Part shown: piece by piece, positions 51,700 to 64,000 of the stretch
How the letters are laid out: the number at the start of each line of letters is the position of its first letter
Numbering within the stretch: position 1 is the first letter of the stretch
DNA from: Octopus sinensis
Taxonomy: Eukaryota
DNA: 64,000 nt
Direction of reading: 5' to 3'
Assembly: GCF_006345805.1 (NCBI RefSeq)
Contig: NC_042998.1
Coordinates: 61,504,001 to 61,568,000 of the forward strand
Translations under genes and position numbers: made by a program
Notes under the pieces: model-generated
Told to the model about the DNA's origin: nothing
The model's input: the letters and a program-made list of their open reading frames with translations, nothing else
The model's database searches: none

Positions 51700-52112
51700 T
51701 ATATACTTGTCTTTAGCTATGATATATACTTATCTTTAGCTATGATATATATACTTATCTTTATCTATCATATATACTTATCTTTAGCTACGATATATAT
51801 ACTTATCTTTAGCTATGATACATAATCATCTTTATTTATGCTATCATATATACTTATCTTTAGCTATGACATATACTGATCTTTAGCTATGATATATACT
51901 TGTCTTTATCTATGATATATACTTATCTTTAGCTATGATATGTAATTATCTTTATCTATGACATATACTTATCTTTAGCTATCATATATACTTATCTTTA
52001 GCTATGATATACTTGTCTTTAGCTATGATATATACTTGTCTTTAGCTATGATATATACTTATCTTTAGCTATGATATATATACTTACCTTTAGCTATGAT
52101 ATATACTTATCT
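51700..52112. repeat. ~23-bp AT-rich minisatellite (ATATATACTTATCTTTAGCTATG)n
   Basis: About 17 imperfect tandem copies; present only in the right arm. Confidence 0.92.
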
Positions 52113-54689
52113 CACATTTTTTTATAACCATTACTAGTTTTATTATGTAGAATATAATTATTACTAAAGGTAAAATTTATTGTGTTAATTATGTTATCTC
52201 ACCGCCTGCTAAAGCCTAATGCCCCTTTCAACATACCCAGTGCCCCCTTGGGCACAGTACTGCCCACGTTGCAAACCCTGATATAGATGATTCATTTAAC
52301 TGTGTTAATTAACTAACATTTTTCTGAGAAATGGATTCTCATATATATTTAATAGCTTCTGATATGCATGCATGTGTAATTTTTAGATAAATGAAAGCGT
52401 TATAAAGGCTCATTGTGGGTTGAATATGAATGACAATGTAAACATATTCCTTCTTGATACTAATGTACACCATAAAGAAGGGGACCTCCTACCTGACAGT
52501 TTCATGGTTTATTGACTGTTCCTCAGAGAAGGCGTTAAAAATTTGTTTGTTTTTTACCTCCTTTTTCTCTATGAGGAAAAGTTTGTATGACATTTCAATT
52601 CATTGTAAGATGTGAACTACAAGTTTAAAGACGGAAAATAATCTTTTCAACTCTAGGCACAAGGCCCGAAATTTTGGGGGAAGGGGCTAGTCGATTAGAT
52701 TAAAGGATAAAAGGCAAAATTGACCTTGGCGGGATTTAAACTCAGAACATAGAGACAGACAAAATACCTATTTCTTTACTACCCACAAGGGGCTAAACAC
52801 AAAGAAGACAAGCAAGGACAGACAAACGGATTAAGTCGATTATATCGCCTCCAGTGCATAACTGGTACTTAATTTATCGACCCCGAAAGGATGAAAGGCA
52901 AAGTCAACCTCGGTGGAATTTGATCTCAGAACGTAACAGCAGACGAAATACCACCAAGCATTTGGCCCAGCGTGCTAAGATTTCTGCCAGATCACTGCCT
53001 AGAGAATGAAAATAATAAGAAAATTGACTTGTATGTCTGAATAAAAAGTGAGTTGTTCCAATCAGTGATGAAGAAGGTTCGTTCTCAAAGTTATTTCTTG
53101 TCAGAGTCCTGACAGCAACTGATATATTTTTAACTGCATGCTACAATGTATTAGACTGGGAAAAGATATTGGCACTGCCTTTGCTATGACTCAAGAAAGC
53201 ACCACAGCAAAATAAACTGACTAAAGACAAGCTAGTCACGTACAAGGGTGAGTCAAAAAGTAATGCCATTTTGTTTAGGACAGGTATAATTACCAACACT
53301 GAAATATGTATCATATATCAAAATGAATTTGGTCCTCTGTGGATCACATCTCTACTTCTCAACATAGTCAGCGTTTCTCTCAATAGCAATGTTCCACCTT
53401 CGAATGAGAGCATGTATCCTTGCCCCGTAAAATTCTTTTGACTGTTCTTAGAGCCACTTCTTCACTACAGTTTTCACTTCCTCGTCACTGGACTATCATC
53501 TCTTTGGCCCCATGAAAGAGGGTTTGAGAGGCAAACATTATTCCAGAGGACCAGCTTCGTTTTGATGTATGATACACGTTCCAGTGTTGGTAATTATACC
53601 TGTCCTAAACAAAATGGCATTACTTTTAGACTCACCCTCATGATTATCAAGGGAAATAAGCAGCAGTTGCTACAGTATAATCGTACACTATGAAATACAT
53701 AAATCCCGCCTGGGTGTTGCACAAAGGATATTAAAATTTTCTTTAAACTTGAAAAATTATTTCTCACAGACTGAGGTATAAATACATTTCTGACATACCA
53801 AGCGAAATACAACACGAGATATATAAACGCACGGAAAGTCAACTAGGTGAACAATAATATCTGTTTTCGTAGTAGCAATAAATATTGTATGACAGATTAC
53901 TATCACGAAAATCATTGTTCTCAATGGCGACAATGAGACCACTTCGTTGCAATTGCTGCAGATGTGTGTGTGTGTGTGTGAAGACAAGATAAACACAACG
54001 TACAGTTTATACCAATAGTTCCCCATTATACCTATTTGCATCTCAATATTTATTGATAAATAATGTTTGTATCTCAATATTTATTAATAAAGGCGGCGAG
54101 CTGGCAGAAATGTTAGCACGCCGGGCGTACTGCTTAGGGGCATTTCGTCTGCCGCTGCGTTCTGAGTTCAAGTTCCGCCGAGTCGACTTTGCCTTTCATC
54201 CTTTTGGGGTCGATAAATCAAGTACCAGTTACGCACTGGGGTCAATGTAATCGACTTAATACCTATGTCTGTCCTTGTTTGTCCACTCAATGTTTAGCCC
54301 CTTGATGGTAATAAAGAAATAGGTATTTCGTCTGTCTTTACGTTCTGAGTTCAAATTCTGCCAAGGTCGACTTTGCCTTTCATCCTTTCGGGGTCGATAA
54401 ATTAAGTACCATTTGAGTACTGGGGTTGATCTAATCGACTGGCGCCCTCCCCCAAAATTTCGGGTCTTGTGCCTTGAGTAGAAAAGAGTATTTAATAGTT
54501 ATAAAATATTAAAATCTGTTATGTGTAACATATATATAATGTTGGTGTATACAGATCTGTTTATCCAATATCCAAAAATAAAAATGGAAAAAGCGGAATA
54601 AGGAAAGAAAAAGAAAGAGAAAAAAGGAAAACAAAGAGCAAAAAGGGTAAAAAAAACCACCAATGCAACATCAAGTGCCTCATCACAAG

Positions 54690-56690
54690 GTTGGACGGAA
54701 CTTACTGGAGCAAGCAAACATGCTCACAGCATTACCATGGGCAATGGCGAGGATAAAACATTGGAACAGCCAAGTACCCTCCCGGACATCACCTAGCACC
54801 TAGGTAAGGTGAGTTGCTAATGATGACAAGAATTTCACCATTAGCAGCCTAGTCCCTCCAAATGTCTCAAACATCACAGGCTGGAAGAGATAGTTCACTG
54901 AAAGGTCCCAATACTTAAGGATTTTGTTCTGTTCGGCTACATCCAGGATGTGGGAGGGAACAAAGGATTCACAGACTATGGCATCCCAGATGAGGCACTG
55001 ACCTCTTACCCAGGGACAGAGGGTAAAACCAACTCTTTCTATCACTTCTGCATAATTCCGCCGGTTCTAGAACTGAGGGGCTACTAACCCGAGCCTGAGC
55101 CCGCTTAATGATTAAGTTTATCTCTGTGTGATGAGTGAAACAACCAGCATTTAGGTGGCAAGACAAACCATGATGACCTGTGGAGTTGAGGGGCCTACCA
55201 AAGTGACATTTCAATTTCCCACAGATGCTGGTTCCAACTCTGAGTGCGATGGAGATGCAGAGCTCATTTTGACTGAGTAGACCACCAATATTGGCCACAG
55301 GCAGAGCATCAGTCCAGTCCCCTGAGAATTTTGCACTAGCAGAAAGTAGGCAACACCTTGAAAATTGGTGAGATTGATTGAAGAGAGAGTTGAAAGTAGT
55401 ACCTGATTGTCCCATATTCTCTGCTTCTATCTATCCTCCACTGTAACAGGAACTGACAAACTCAGCTCTCTCCACTGTAACAGAGATTCATCACTTCTTT
55501 GTTGGAACCCTGTTAGAGGGGAGAAGATGTTGCCTACCCAAGCGGAGCAAGTGTAGATGGCGGAAAGAAAATAGGGAAAAGACAGAGACGAGCACTTGTG
55601 CAGACTTAGACCTCCAAACCATTTGGGCAAAGCAGTTTGGTCGCGAGACTCTGAAAAGAGTTTGACTTTGACCAAGCATTCGAGTTTCCTGAAGATTCGG
55701 TCATCCAAGCACTGGAGAAACGATGAGAATCCATAAGAGGGATCACTCTGGAAAAATACTTTAACGAGGGAAGTCGCTAATGAAGATATTAACACCATAA
55801 TGACTAGACAGAGTCATTAATCCAATGGCTGTAATTATACCTCTGTTGCAGTAAGTAAAAACAAACACTTGTGTCAGTGCGTGAACAATTTCGTATCCAA
55901 GGTTTTATGCAGATGCGTAACAAACGAATTGATACTCTGAGTATAAAACGTCCAATCAAAGAATCTGGGATTGCAGGTAAAAGTTAAAAAGGTTCTGAAA
56001 ATTCTTGTCATGTTACCACATGATTGACAGTGAAAAAAAGAAGAATTCAAACTACAAAAATACTTTCAGACAACCACTAGGAGTAGAATACCAAAGCGAC
56101 TTAGCAAAGGAAAGATAACGAATCGTATGCCTGGTTGATTCCCAACGAATATTTTGCCTGCTACGAACTGTTTCAAACAGCGTTGCCTGCAATAACTTAG
56201 GAATTGACAAGTAATTCCTAAGTACCAAAAAACCTCGGTGGAGCTCAGTTATTTCAAGGTTTTTAAAAAGTTGCTCAAGATGGTTAACCATCTTGGATCG
56301 AAAGCTCTGTCAGTAATTGGGGCTCCAAGAGGGCACCACGCCGATGAAGGAGGAACCGTGGTAGTGGAGGAGGAGTCTGTAAACAGGTTTACAGTCTGCT
56401 GATGTGGAGTTGGATGGACGAGGAGCCAGCTCGCATTTAGGACTGTTAGCGCTAGGGCCTCTACGATCAAGTTACTCAATCATCGTCTTGGCAGTTGCAA
56501 GGACCTTGTCAGAAGCACACCACCACCCACAAGCAAGCATCATGAAGATACTATATATTCAAGTTTAGGTCAACGTCCATCAAGGTAATATCATCAATAA
56601 TTAGAGCAAACAGGGCAGGTCTAAGCGGGTCAACCTTGATCTCAATGGATTTGGATGAAAATATACAACGGTTCTTCAGGGAAACACTTT
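54690..56690 (-). mobile_element. Mirror copy of the decayed CRE-clade retrotransposon
   Basis: ORFs 54800-55045, 54969-55415, 55427-55798 and 56249-56479 near-identical to the left-arm ORFs. Confidence 0.75.
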
Positions 56691-58714
56691 ATTACACACA
56701 CGGAGTATTGATTTCAAATGTTGGCACAAGGCCAGCAATTTCGGGAGAGGGGGTAAGTCGATTACATCGACCCGTGTTTAACTGATACTTGTTTCGTCGA
56801 CCTCAAAAGGATGAAAGGCAAAGTCGATGCCGGCAGAACCAAATCTCTGAACGTAATGACGGACGAAATGCCGCTATGCATTTCACCCGGCATGCTAACG
56901 AATCTGCTAGCTCGCCACCTCCATACATATGTAATATTGATTTCAAATTTTGGCACTAGGCTAGCAATATCGGGGGAGAGAATAATCCGATAACATCGAC
57001 CCCAGTGCTCAACTGGTACTTATCTTATCGACCCCGAAAAGAAAACAGGTGAAGTCAAACTCGGCGGAATTTGAACTCAAAAATACATAAAGCAACAAGC
57101 TGGCACAATCATTAGCACGCCGGACAAAATATTTAGCGATATTTCATCGGTCTTTATGTTCTGAGTTCAAATTCTGTCGAGGTCGATTTTGCCTTTAATC
57201 GTTTCGGTATCGATAAAATAAGTAGCAGTCGAGTACTAAAGTTGATGTAATCGATTTACCTACTCTGCTGAAACCAATATTTGAAACCAATATTAAATAC
57301 AAACATAGAGAACTCAGCAGCCACGGATATGGACCGATTTCCAATGGGTAATCAACGGATGTGTCACCGTTCATCAACGATAGTGAGAGAAGAAAGCTGC
57401 TAATATTATCCAAATATGTAACCAAAGCGATTATCTATTCAGGGGGAACAACTCGGCTAGACTTAATTATGAGATTATTGTTAAAAATTGTTATGAATGC
57501 GTAAAGGTTGTCAAGTTAAGATAAAAATTTAAGAATTATAAAATCGAAAGTAACGCCTTAAATTAAAAATAAAAACTTTCGAACAAAATAATCTAATGGC
57601 AAAGTTAAAAATCATACACGAAAAATTTATAATTCAAAAAATTAAATATTTTTAAATATTGAAAGATTAAAAATCAAACATTACAAACATTGGAATATTA
57701 ACATTGAAATTCTAGATAAGATTTTAAAATATTATTTTAAATATATACATAAAATATATGAAAATTATTTTAAAAATTGATATAATCCTCTGATTTCAAT
57801 AATACTGAGGTCTACATGTTGCAGACATCATCATCATTTAGCGTCCGTTTTCCATGCTGGCATAGGTTAGACCAGTGGTTCTCCAAGGGGTCCATATGTA
57901 AGAATTTTATGGAGCATGACGCAACAAAATAGTAAATTGAGGATCCACAATAGTATTTTAAGTGTTGCACCAGGCTCCAGCCTGATTTTGACTTGGTTTC
58001 TCCCTTATGTCAAACAATCCAAGAGTGTAGTGGGTGTCTTTTACATGTCACTGGCATCTGATGTTACCAAAATGTTGATCTCACTTCTGACGACACCATG
58101 TGACTCGTCTTGATCAATGGCAGCCTATTTTCCAGTACCCATCTCGGAATTCTTGTATTCCCCCATGCAATTAACAGAGTCTAATGAGTTACGTTTGTGT
58201 AAGACACTTACAAAACATTTAGTTGCATGGGACCGAATCAAACTGTTTTAAATAATAATAATAATATTCTGCTCAATACCACAGATTTGCTTGTCGTTTG
58301 TTTGACCTTAAGCAGTTCAGCATGTCCCTAAGTGGCTGACGGTATGTGCATCTCTGATCACAAGCAGAAGTACTGGAGGAACGTCATAGCCAGTTGAGAG
58401 GAATTATTGGGGGTTTGAATAATTCACCTCTGGAATCATGGGTGTTTCAACATCCTTAAACAACCCTTATTCAGGGACCTTTTGAGTGGGATGGGCTACT
58501 CAATTTGAAGAAAATTCTAACTGGGCCCCACCAGCAAGGTCATGCGCTGTTTATCTTGATATGTAATCACTATGATGCGCACATATGGTTGTGATGTATG
58601 TGCCTGGTATACTCTTATCTGATGGGTATTACTGGGCTTTGTATATTTTACCTGCTCTCTCACTCAATAATAATAATGATGATGATGATGATGATGATGA
58701 AAATAATACTCCAC

Positions 58715-59520
58715 CCACAAAGATTTAAGAAAAAAGATGAAGAAGAAAGAATAAACAACTGGAAAATGAAACCACTGCAAGGGCAATACCTCAGAGAAAT
58801 TGAAAGAGAAGACAAGATCAACACTTGGAGATGGCTAAGAAAAAGTTATCTGAAAGGATGCACTGAGGCATTGATATGCAGTGCACAGGAACAAGCTCTG
58901 AGAACTAACTGCACAAAGTTCCAAATAGATAAGAGTAGTGAATCACTCCTTTGTAGGATGTGTTGCAGGAGAAATGAAACAATCTGAGATATTGAGAGTG
59001 AGAGTAGCAAGCTGGCCTAAAAACACTTCAAAAGGAGGCACGATAACATGGCTGAGTTCATCCACTGGAGGCTATGTGAAAAGTACGGCTTGAACAGAAC
59101 ACAGGAATGGTATGAACATGAACCAGAAAGTGGCACGGAGAACAAAGAACATAAGACACTGTAGGATTTTACAATCCAATGTGAGTCCCTAATCAAGGCT
59201 CAGAGACCAGATATTGTTGTGGTAGATAAGGAAAAAAGTAAACCAAGATCATAGATATTGCAATACCTGGAAATGAAAGCATAAGTGACAAAGAACTAGA
59301 AAAATTTGATAAGTACTGACTACCAGAAGATGAAATTGCAAGAATGTGGAGACTATAAGGAGAGTGTCTCTCTTTCCAGTTGTAGGGTCACTCAAAGCAC
59401 TAACAACCAAGTTCAAGAAATATGTCAGAGAAATTGGAAGTGACATGAGAGCAGAGCAAACCCAAAACACTGCTCTGCTGGGGAAAAGCTAGGATTTTGA
59501 GATTGGTACTTGGATGCTGA
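58715..59520 (+). mobile_element. Decayed R4/Dong-like non-LTR retrotransposon 3' part (REL endonuclease)
   Basis: TEALICSAQEQALRTN, CRMC...ETI, RHDN, WYEHEP, RPDIV motifs; further piece at 60690-60830 (RVIPVIIGALG). Confidence 0.75.
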
Positions 59521-60239
59521 ATGTGTCCCCTGATAATCAACAACCAAGTATCAAAGCTTATAATGTGTGGAAAGAGACTCTGTGAGATCTCTAACAGCAG
59601 ACTGCTGCCTGCTCTGACAGAATCTACCAGAAACAACAAGACCAAACATTCTGAGACGTAAAACAATAATAATGATGATTATGATGATGGTAATAATAAT
59701 AATAATGATAATAATAATAATAATTATAATAATAATAATAATAATCTTCATCATCATCATCGGTTAATGTCCGCTTTCCATGCTAGGATGGGTTGGTTGA
59801 TTTGACTGAGGTCTGGCGAACCAGATGGCTGCACCAGGCTTCAATCTGACCTAGCAGAGTTTCTAGAGCTGGATCTCCTTCCTAACGCCAACGACTCCGA
59901 GAGTGTAGTGTGTGCTTTAACGTGCCACCGATACGAGGGCCAGTCAGGCAGTACTGGCAACGGCCACGCTCAAGGGGTGATTTTTTTACCTGCCACCTGC
60001 ACAGGAGCCAGTCTAGCGGCACTGGCAACGAGCTCATTTGAATATTTTTTCACGTGCTACAGGCACAAGTGCCAGTAAGGCAACGCTAGTAACGATCACG
60101 CTTGAATGGTGCTTTTTACGTGCCACCAGCACAGAAGCCAGTCAGCTGCTCTGGCAGTGATCACACTTGGATGGTGCTCTTAGCACTCCACTGGCACGGG
60201 TGCCAGTCATCGAAATTGCAAATTTGATTTGATTTCGAT

Positions 60240-60650
60240 TTCACTTGCCTCAACAGGTCTTCGCAGGCAGAGTTTAGTGTCCAATGAAGGAAAGTTACTT
60301 GGCTTGCCAGATCTTTTCACGCACTGCATATTTCCAAAGGTCTTGTTCACTAGTCATTGCCTTGGTGAGGCTTAAGTTTGAAGGTCATGCTTCACCACCT
60401 CGTCCCAGGTTTTCCTGGGTCTACCTCTTCCACGGGTTCCCTCTACCGCTAGGGTGTGGCACTTTTTCACACAGCTATCCTCATCCATTTTTGCCACATT
60501 ACCATACCAGCGCAGTCGTCTCTCTTGTACACCACATCTGATGTTCTTAGGTCCAACTTTTCTCTCAAGGCACTTACATTCTGTCGAGTATGCACACTGA
60601 CATTACACATCCATCAGAGCATACTGGCTTCGTTCCTTGCGAGCTTACGG
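60240..60650 (-). mobile_element. RTE LINE 3' ORF remnant
   Basis: Reverse complement of GRGRPRKTW and upstream RTE sequence. Confidence 0.8.
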
Positions 60651-61258
60651 AATGAATAAATAAACTGAATTATGACACATATACATATGCTGAACTATTG
60701 AGAAATCTGCAGTTACTCTATCCAGATTACAAGTTCAGGGTAATACCTGTGATTATTGGGGCACTGGGATATGTAACACACTGCCTAAATAGCAATTCTG
60801 AGAAATCAAAATCAGAAAGGAGAAAGCTAATTTGAAGACTACAGATCCAGTCCATCACTTGAACTGTAAATATCTGTAAAAGTTTCCAGAAGTTTATCAT
60901 TTAAATATATATGAGCATGTCTAGATAAGCAACTATATTTATGAGAAGACATACAATAAATAAAACATATAAATCTGCACATATACATACATACATGCAT
61001 ACATACATACATTCATACACACACATTGAAATTCCAATGAAGGAGCCTTGGGTCTAGGTTAGAAACTTGCTCTTTCTCTATTGGCAAGAAATCTTGAAAT
61101 AAATCTGAATAATGACATACACTCACATGCACCCATGCACGCACACATACACACTTGTTATATAATTTCTAAAGTACATGATTCTTGAGTCAAATTAAAT
61201 CAAAGATTTTTCAATTGATCTTATGCAAATTTTGTTGATCTTCTCTCTATAATTACAG

Positions 61259-61416
61259 TGACCTGAGACACAATGACAACATGGCCTGTGGATGCCATCT
61301 GCCAGCTTTTGTTGATTATAAGAAGCAAGAATATAGCAGATATATGAATGTTTATGGCTCTTGCTTAAATGACCAAAACAGATTAACAGATATATTGCAA
61401 TATTCGCAATGTGAAA
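61259..61416 (+). CDS. Internal exon encoding last LRR + LRR C-terminal cap (probably paralog R)
   Basis: Acceptor TTCTCTCTATAATTACAG; open frame DLRHNDNMACGCHLPAFVDYKKQEYSRYMNVYGSCLNDQNRLTDILQYSQCE with LxxN, CxC and two further Cys; phase-2 start; donor uncertain (GTAGTT), or reads on to stop CESS*. Confidence 0.65.
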
Positions 61417-62745
61417 GTAGTTAAAAATTTTCTTTCTTTTCGTTGTTACTTTATTATTACTAGCCTCATTTTGGAGGATAATGATATGACCAATAGATGA
61501 ATGACCAAAAGCATTTGCAATATTTAGCAACATACCTTTAATTTCTGTATTGAAGTCCTGCCGATGTGCACTTGACCTTTCATATTTTTAGGGTCGATGA
61601 AATACATTATTATTATTATCAGGTCCATCTTTTATGTCGCTGAAGAGCATCAGGTTATCAGCTTTGCACTTTGTGAGTCCTGAGGTGACTTTAGGCCCAT
61701 CTTAGCAATTAATTCAATGGTTACAAAGGGGGTCTGTAACAGCAGAATCAGAAGCCCGTGGGCTTTCTGTGCAGTTGTCCTCTTTTTAGCTTCTCTGATC
61801 ATTTCTGACTCAGAGTTCTGCACTCCAGAGTACACAGCATTACATCACAGCAAGCGACCCTGAGCAAGTCGTTCTTCTGTAGACTGCTCTAAACTACCCA
61901 TACAGATTAAATTCTAGTGCCAGTGGCACGTAAAAAGCACCATTCGAGTGTGGTTGTTGCCAGTGCCATCTGACTGGCTCCCATGCCAGTGGCATGTAAA
62001 AAGCACCATTTGAGCATGATTATTGCCAGTGCCACCTGACTGGATCCTGTGCCCGTGGCATGTAAAAAGCACCATTGAGCGTCGCCGATGTCAGTACTAC
62101 CTTACTGGCCCCTGTGCCAGTGGATCGTAAAAAGCAACTACTGCACTCTTGGAGTGGTTGTCATTAGGAAGGGCATCCAGTTGTAGAAACTTTACCAGAT
62201 CAGATTGGAGCCTGTCCTCAGTCAAACCGTCCAACACATGCCAGCATGGAAAGTGGACGTTAAACGATGATGATGAATATAATGACTAGCATCCCAAATA
62301 TTTGTGGTGTTGTGTTAAAGCAAAAACTGAATTGTAATTGTTATCATTGTTGTTACTGAAAACATACTGTTTTGGCATCAGTCGTATCCCATCAGATGAT
62401 ATAAGTTACAGGGTTTGGTTTTGGGCCCCCTGTGCTCTCAGATGAGATCAGTTTCGCAGTTCAATCACCCCCACTAAACATGAACCAGTAATACAATGAG
62501 GTTAATTCAAAGAAATATTTCTCTCCACACCATGAATAGTTTTTTAAACATTTAAACATTATTTTGTATCTTGTAAACAACACTAATTTAAACATTTAAT
62601 TACGTTCATTTGTTAGTTTATTGTTGAAAAATATTGCCGTATTTAAATTAAAACTCAAAGTTAATACCTTATCACTCCACATTCAATTTAACTTATATTT
62701 ATTATGTCTGATTCCTAACTGTTGATATTTTTTTTAATTCTTTAG

Positions 62746-62829
62746 ACTACAAACTTTTTCAATAGAATTTGCAATGTCAAATGTGTTCAACAAACAAGTG
62801 CACTGATTCTGATGTGACAAGTTGTCCAG
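62746..62829 (+). CDS. Candidate phase 1-1 Cys-rich exon (Ly6/uPAR-like C-x2-C-x4-C-x7-CP) with in-frame TAG
   Basis: Acceptor TTTTTTAATTCTTTAG, donor CCAG/GTAAAT; YKLFQ*NLQCQMCSTNKCTDSDVTSCP; TAG at 62763-62765. Confidence 0.35.
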
Positions 62830-64000
62830 GTAAATGTCAAATGTGTTCAACAAACAAGTGCACTGATTCTGATGTGACAAGTTGCTGAGGTAAATTAAGA
62901 TGTTATTTTTTACTTTTGTGTTATATGTCACTAAAATATAAATATCTGAAAATTGTGTAAATATTGTCTTATGAGTTGATGTTATGATATCTTCCTTCAA
63001 AATACTTTCATCACAATTATTTGAGTCGTAAATCATCTAAATTCATCTTATAGAAAGAAGATATCCCTCACAAGAGTCATAGAAAAACAAACGACCCATA
63101 ATCACTGATCTTGCAATAAGGAAATGAACTAGTTTGCTTGTTGCAAGATCAGTGACCATGTGTGACTTTGTTTTCAATGTATTGCTAGCTGGAGTGAACT
63201 CCTGCTATTTCTAGTGCGCGAGTATCCACCAATGAGTATGACCACAAAGATGTTAAAACCATATAGTCAAGTGGTCTCGTGATTAGAAAAATGTGGGGGT
63301 TCTCTCCCCTGTTTGGAATATACATCATATATAATGGGTGTAGATTGTATTGAATAACCAGCTGGAAGAGGCGTCCTCCTGGGGTTAAAAATAGCAGTAA
63401 TGTTGATCTCTATGGAAGAGCCATGTTTAAGTGGCAATAAACATTACTTCTCAGTATTGCTAATGCTTTTATTTGTTATAGAGATTTTCTAACCAGCTAA
63501 TTTGTTTGTTATGTATATATAAATATGTTTGTTATGGACTCTTTTGTCGTTAGACGATGTATGAGAGTCCGGCAAATTCTTACCAAACAACAACACTGAT
63601 GATTGTTTATAGTGATCAAACGTCTGTGTTCACATAAGCTCATTCCCTCCATCATATCGATATTACCTGTACATGTACACCATGTGCTACATGTCAGGTG
63701 ACAAAATGATTGCAGAGCAGTGTAAAATGAAGTGCTTTGCTCAAGAACACAATGCAATGCCTGGCATGGGAATTGAAACCACAATCTTGCAATCATGAGT
63801 GCAACACCGTAACCACTAAAGCCATACATGTGTGTGTGAGTGTGTGTGTGTATACGGCCGATGCCAGTATCCCCTGACTGGCCCCTGGGGTTAGTGGCAC
63901 GTAAAAAGCACCCACTACACTCACGGAGTGGTTGGCGTTAGGAAGGGCATCCAGCTGTAGAAACATTGCCAGTTAAGATTGGAGCCTGGTGCAGCCTCCT

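Larger units (their letters stand above)
44767..58357. repeat. Right arm of large inverted segmental duplication
   Basis: Mirror ORFs, e.g. 54969-55415(-) vs 3405-3851(+) and 49057-49251(+) vs 7834-8028(-); 58140-58270 is the reverse complement of ~95-220. Confidence 0.93.

Noticed and set aside
53770-53846. Possible LRR exon LRYKYISDIPS
   Set aside because: Lacks LxLxxN; lengths to the available donors (68 or 77 nt) break frame

Overview
AT-rich, repeat-dense animal genomic DNA. The SINE families, (TA)n tracts and RTE (GAT)n tails suggest an octopus-type cephalopod; this is inference, no search was run. Architecture: a large, diverged inverted duplication (left arm <=1..~11416, right arm ~44767..>=58357) around a ~33 kb spacer. 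Each arm carries the first coding exon (signal peptide + LRR N-cap) of a secreted LRR gene, and the two copies face head-to-head. A frame-compatible LRR C-cap exon (61259-61416) and a Cys-rich exon candidate lie downstream of the right copy. The spacer holds a ~2.3 kb direct duplication, a Tx1/L1-like LINE, RTE LINEs, three to four Penelope-like elements (PLEs) and a 5'-truncated TOE1 pseudogene with an in-frame stop, lying just downstream of a PLE terminal-repeat promoter. The main unannotated signal is a set of about eight minimal type-I hammerhead ribozyme motifs. Three end recognisable PLEs. The others sit in short non-coding islands in or beside (TA)n microsatellites, and one caps a nearly perfect 163-bp hairpin. 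Coordinates were counted by hand, identities are by-eye estimates, and no RNA folding or database search was done.
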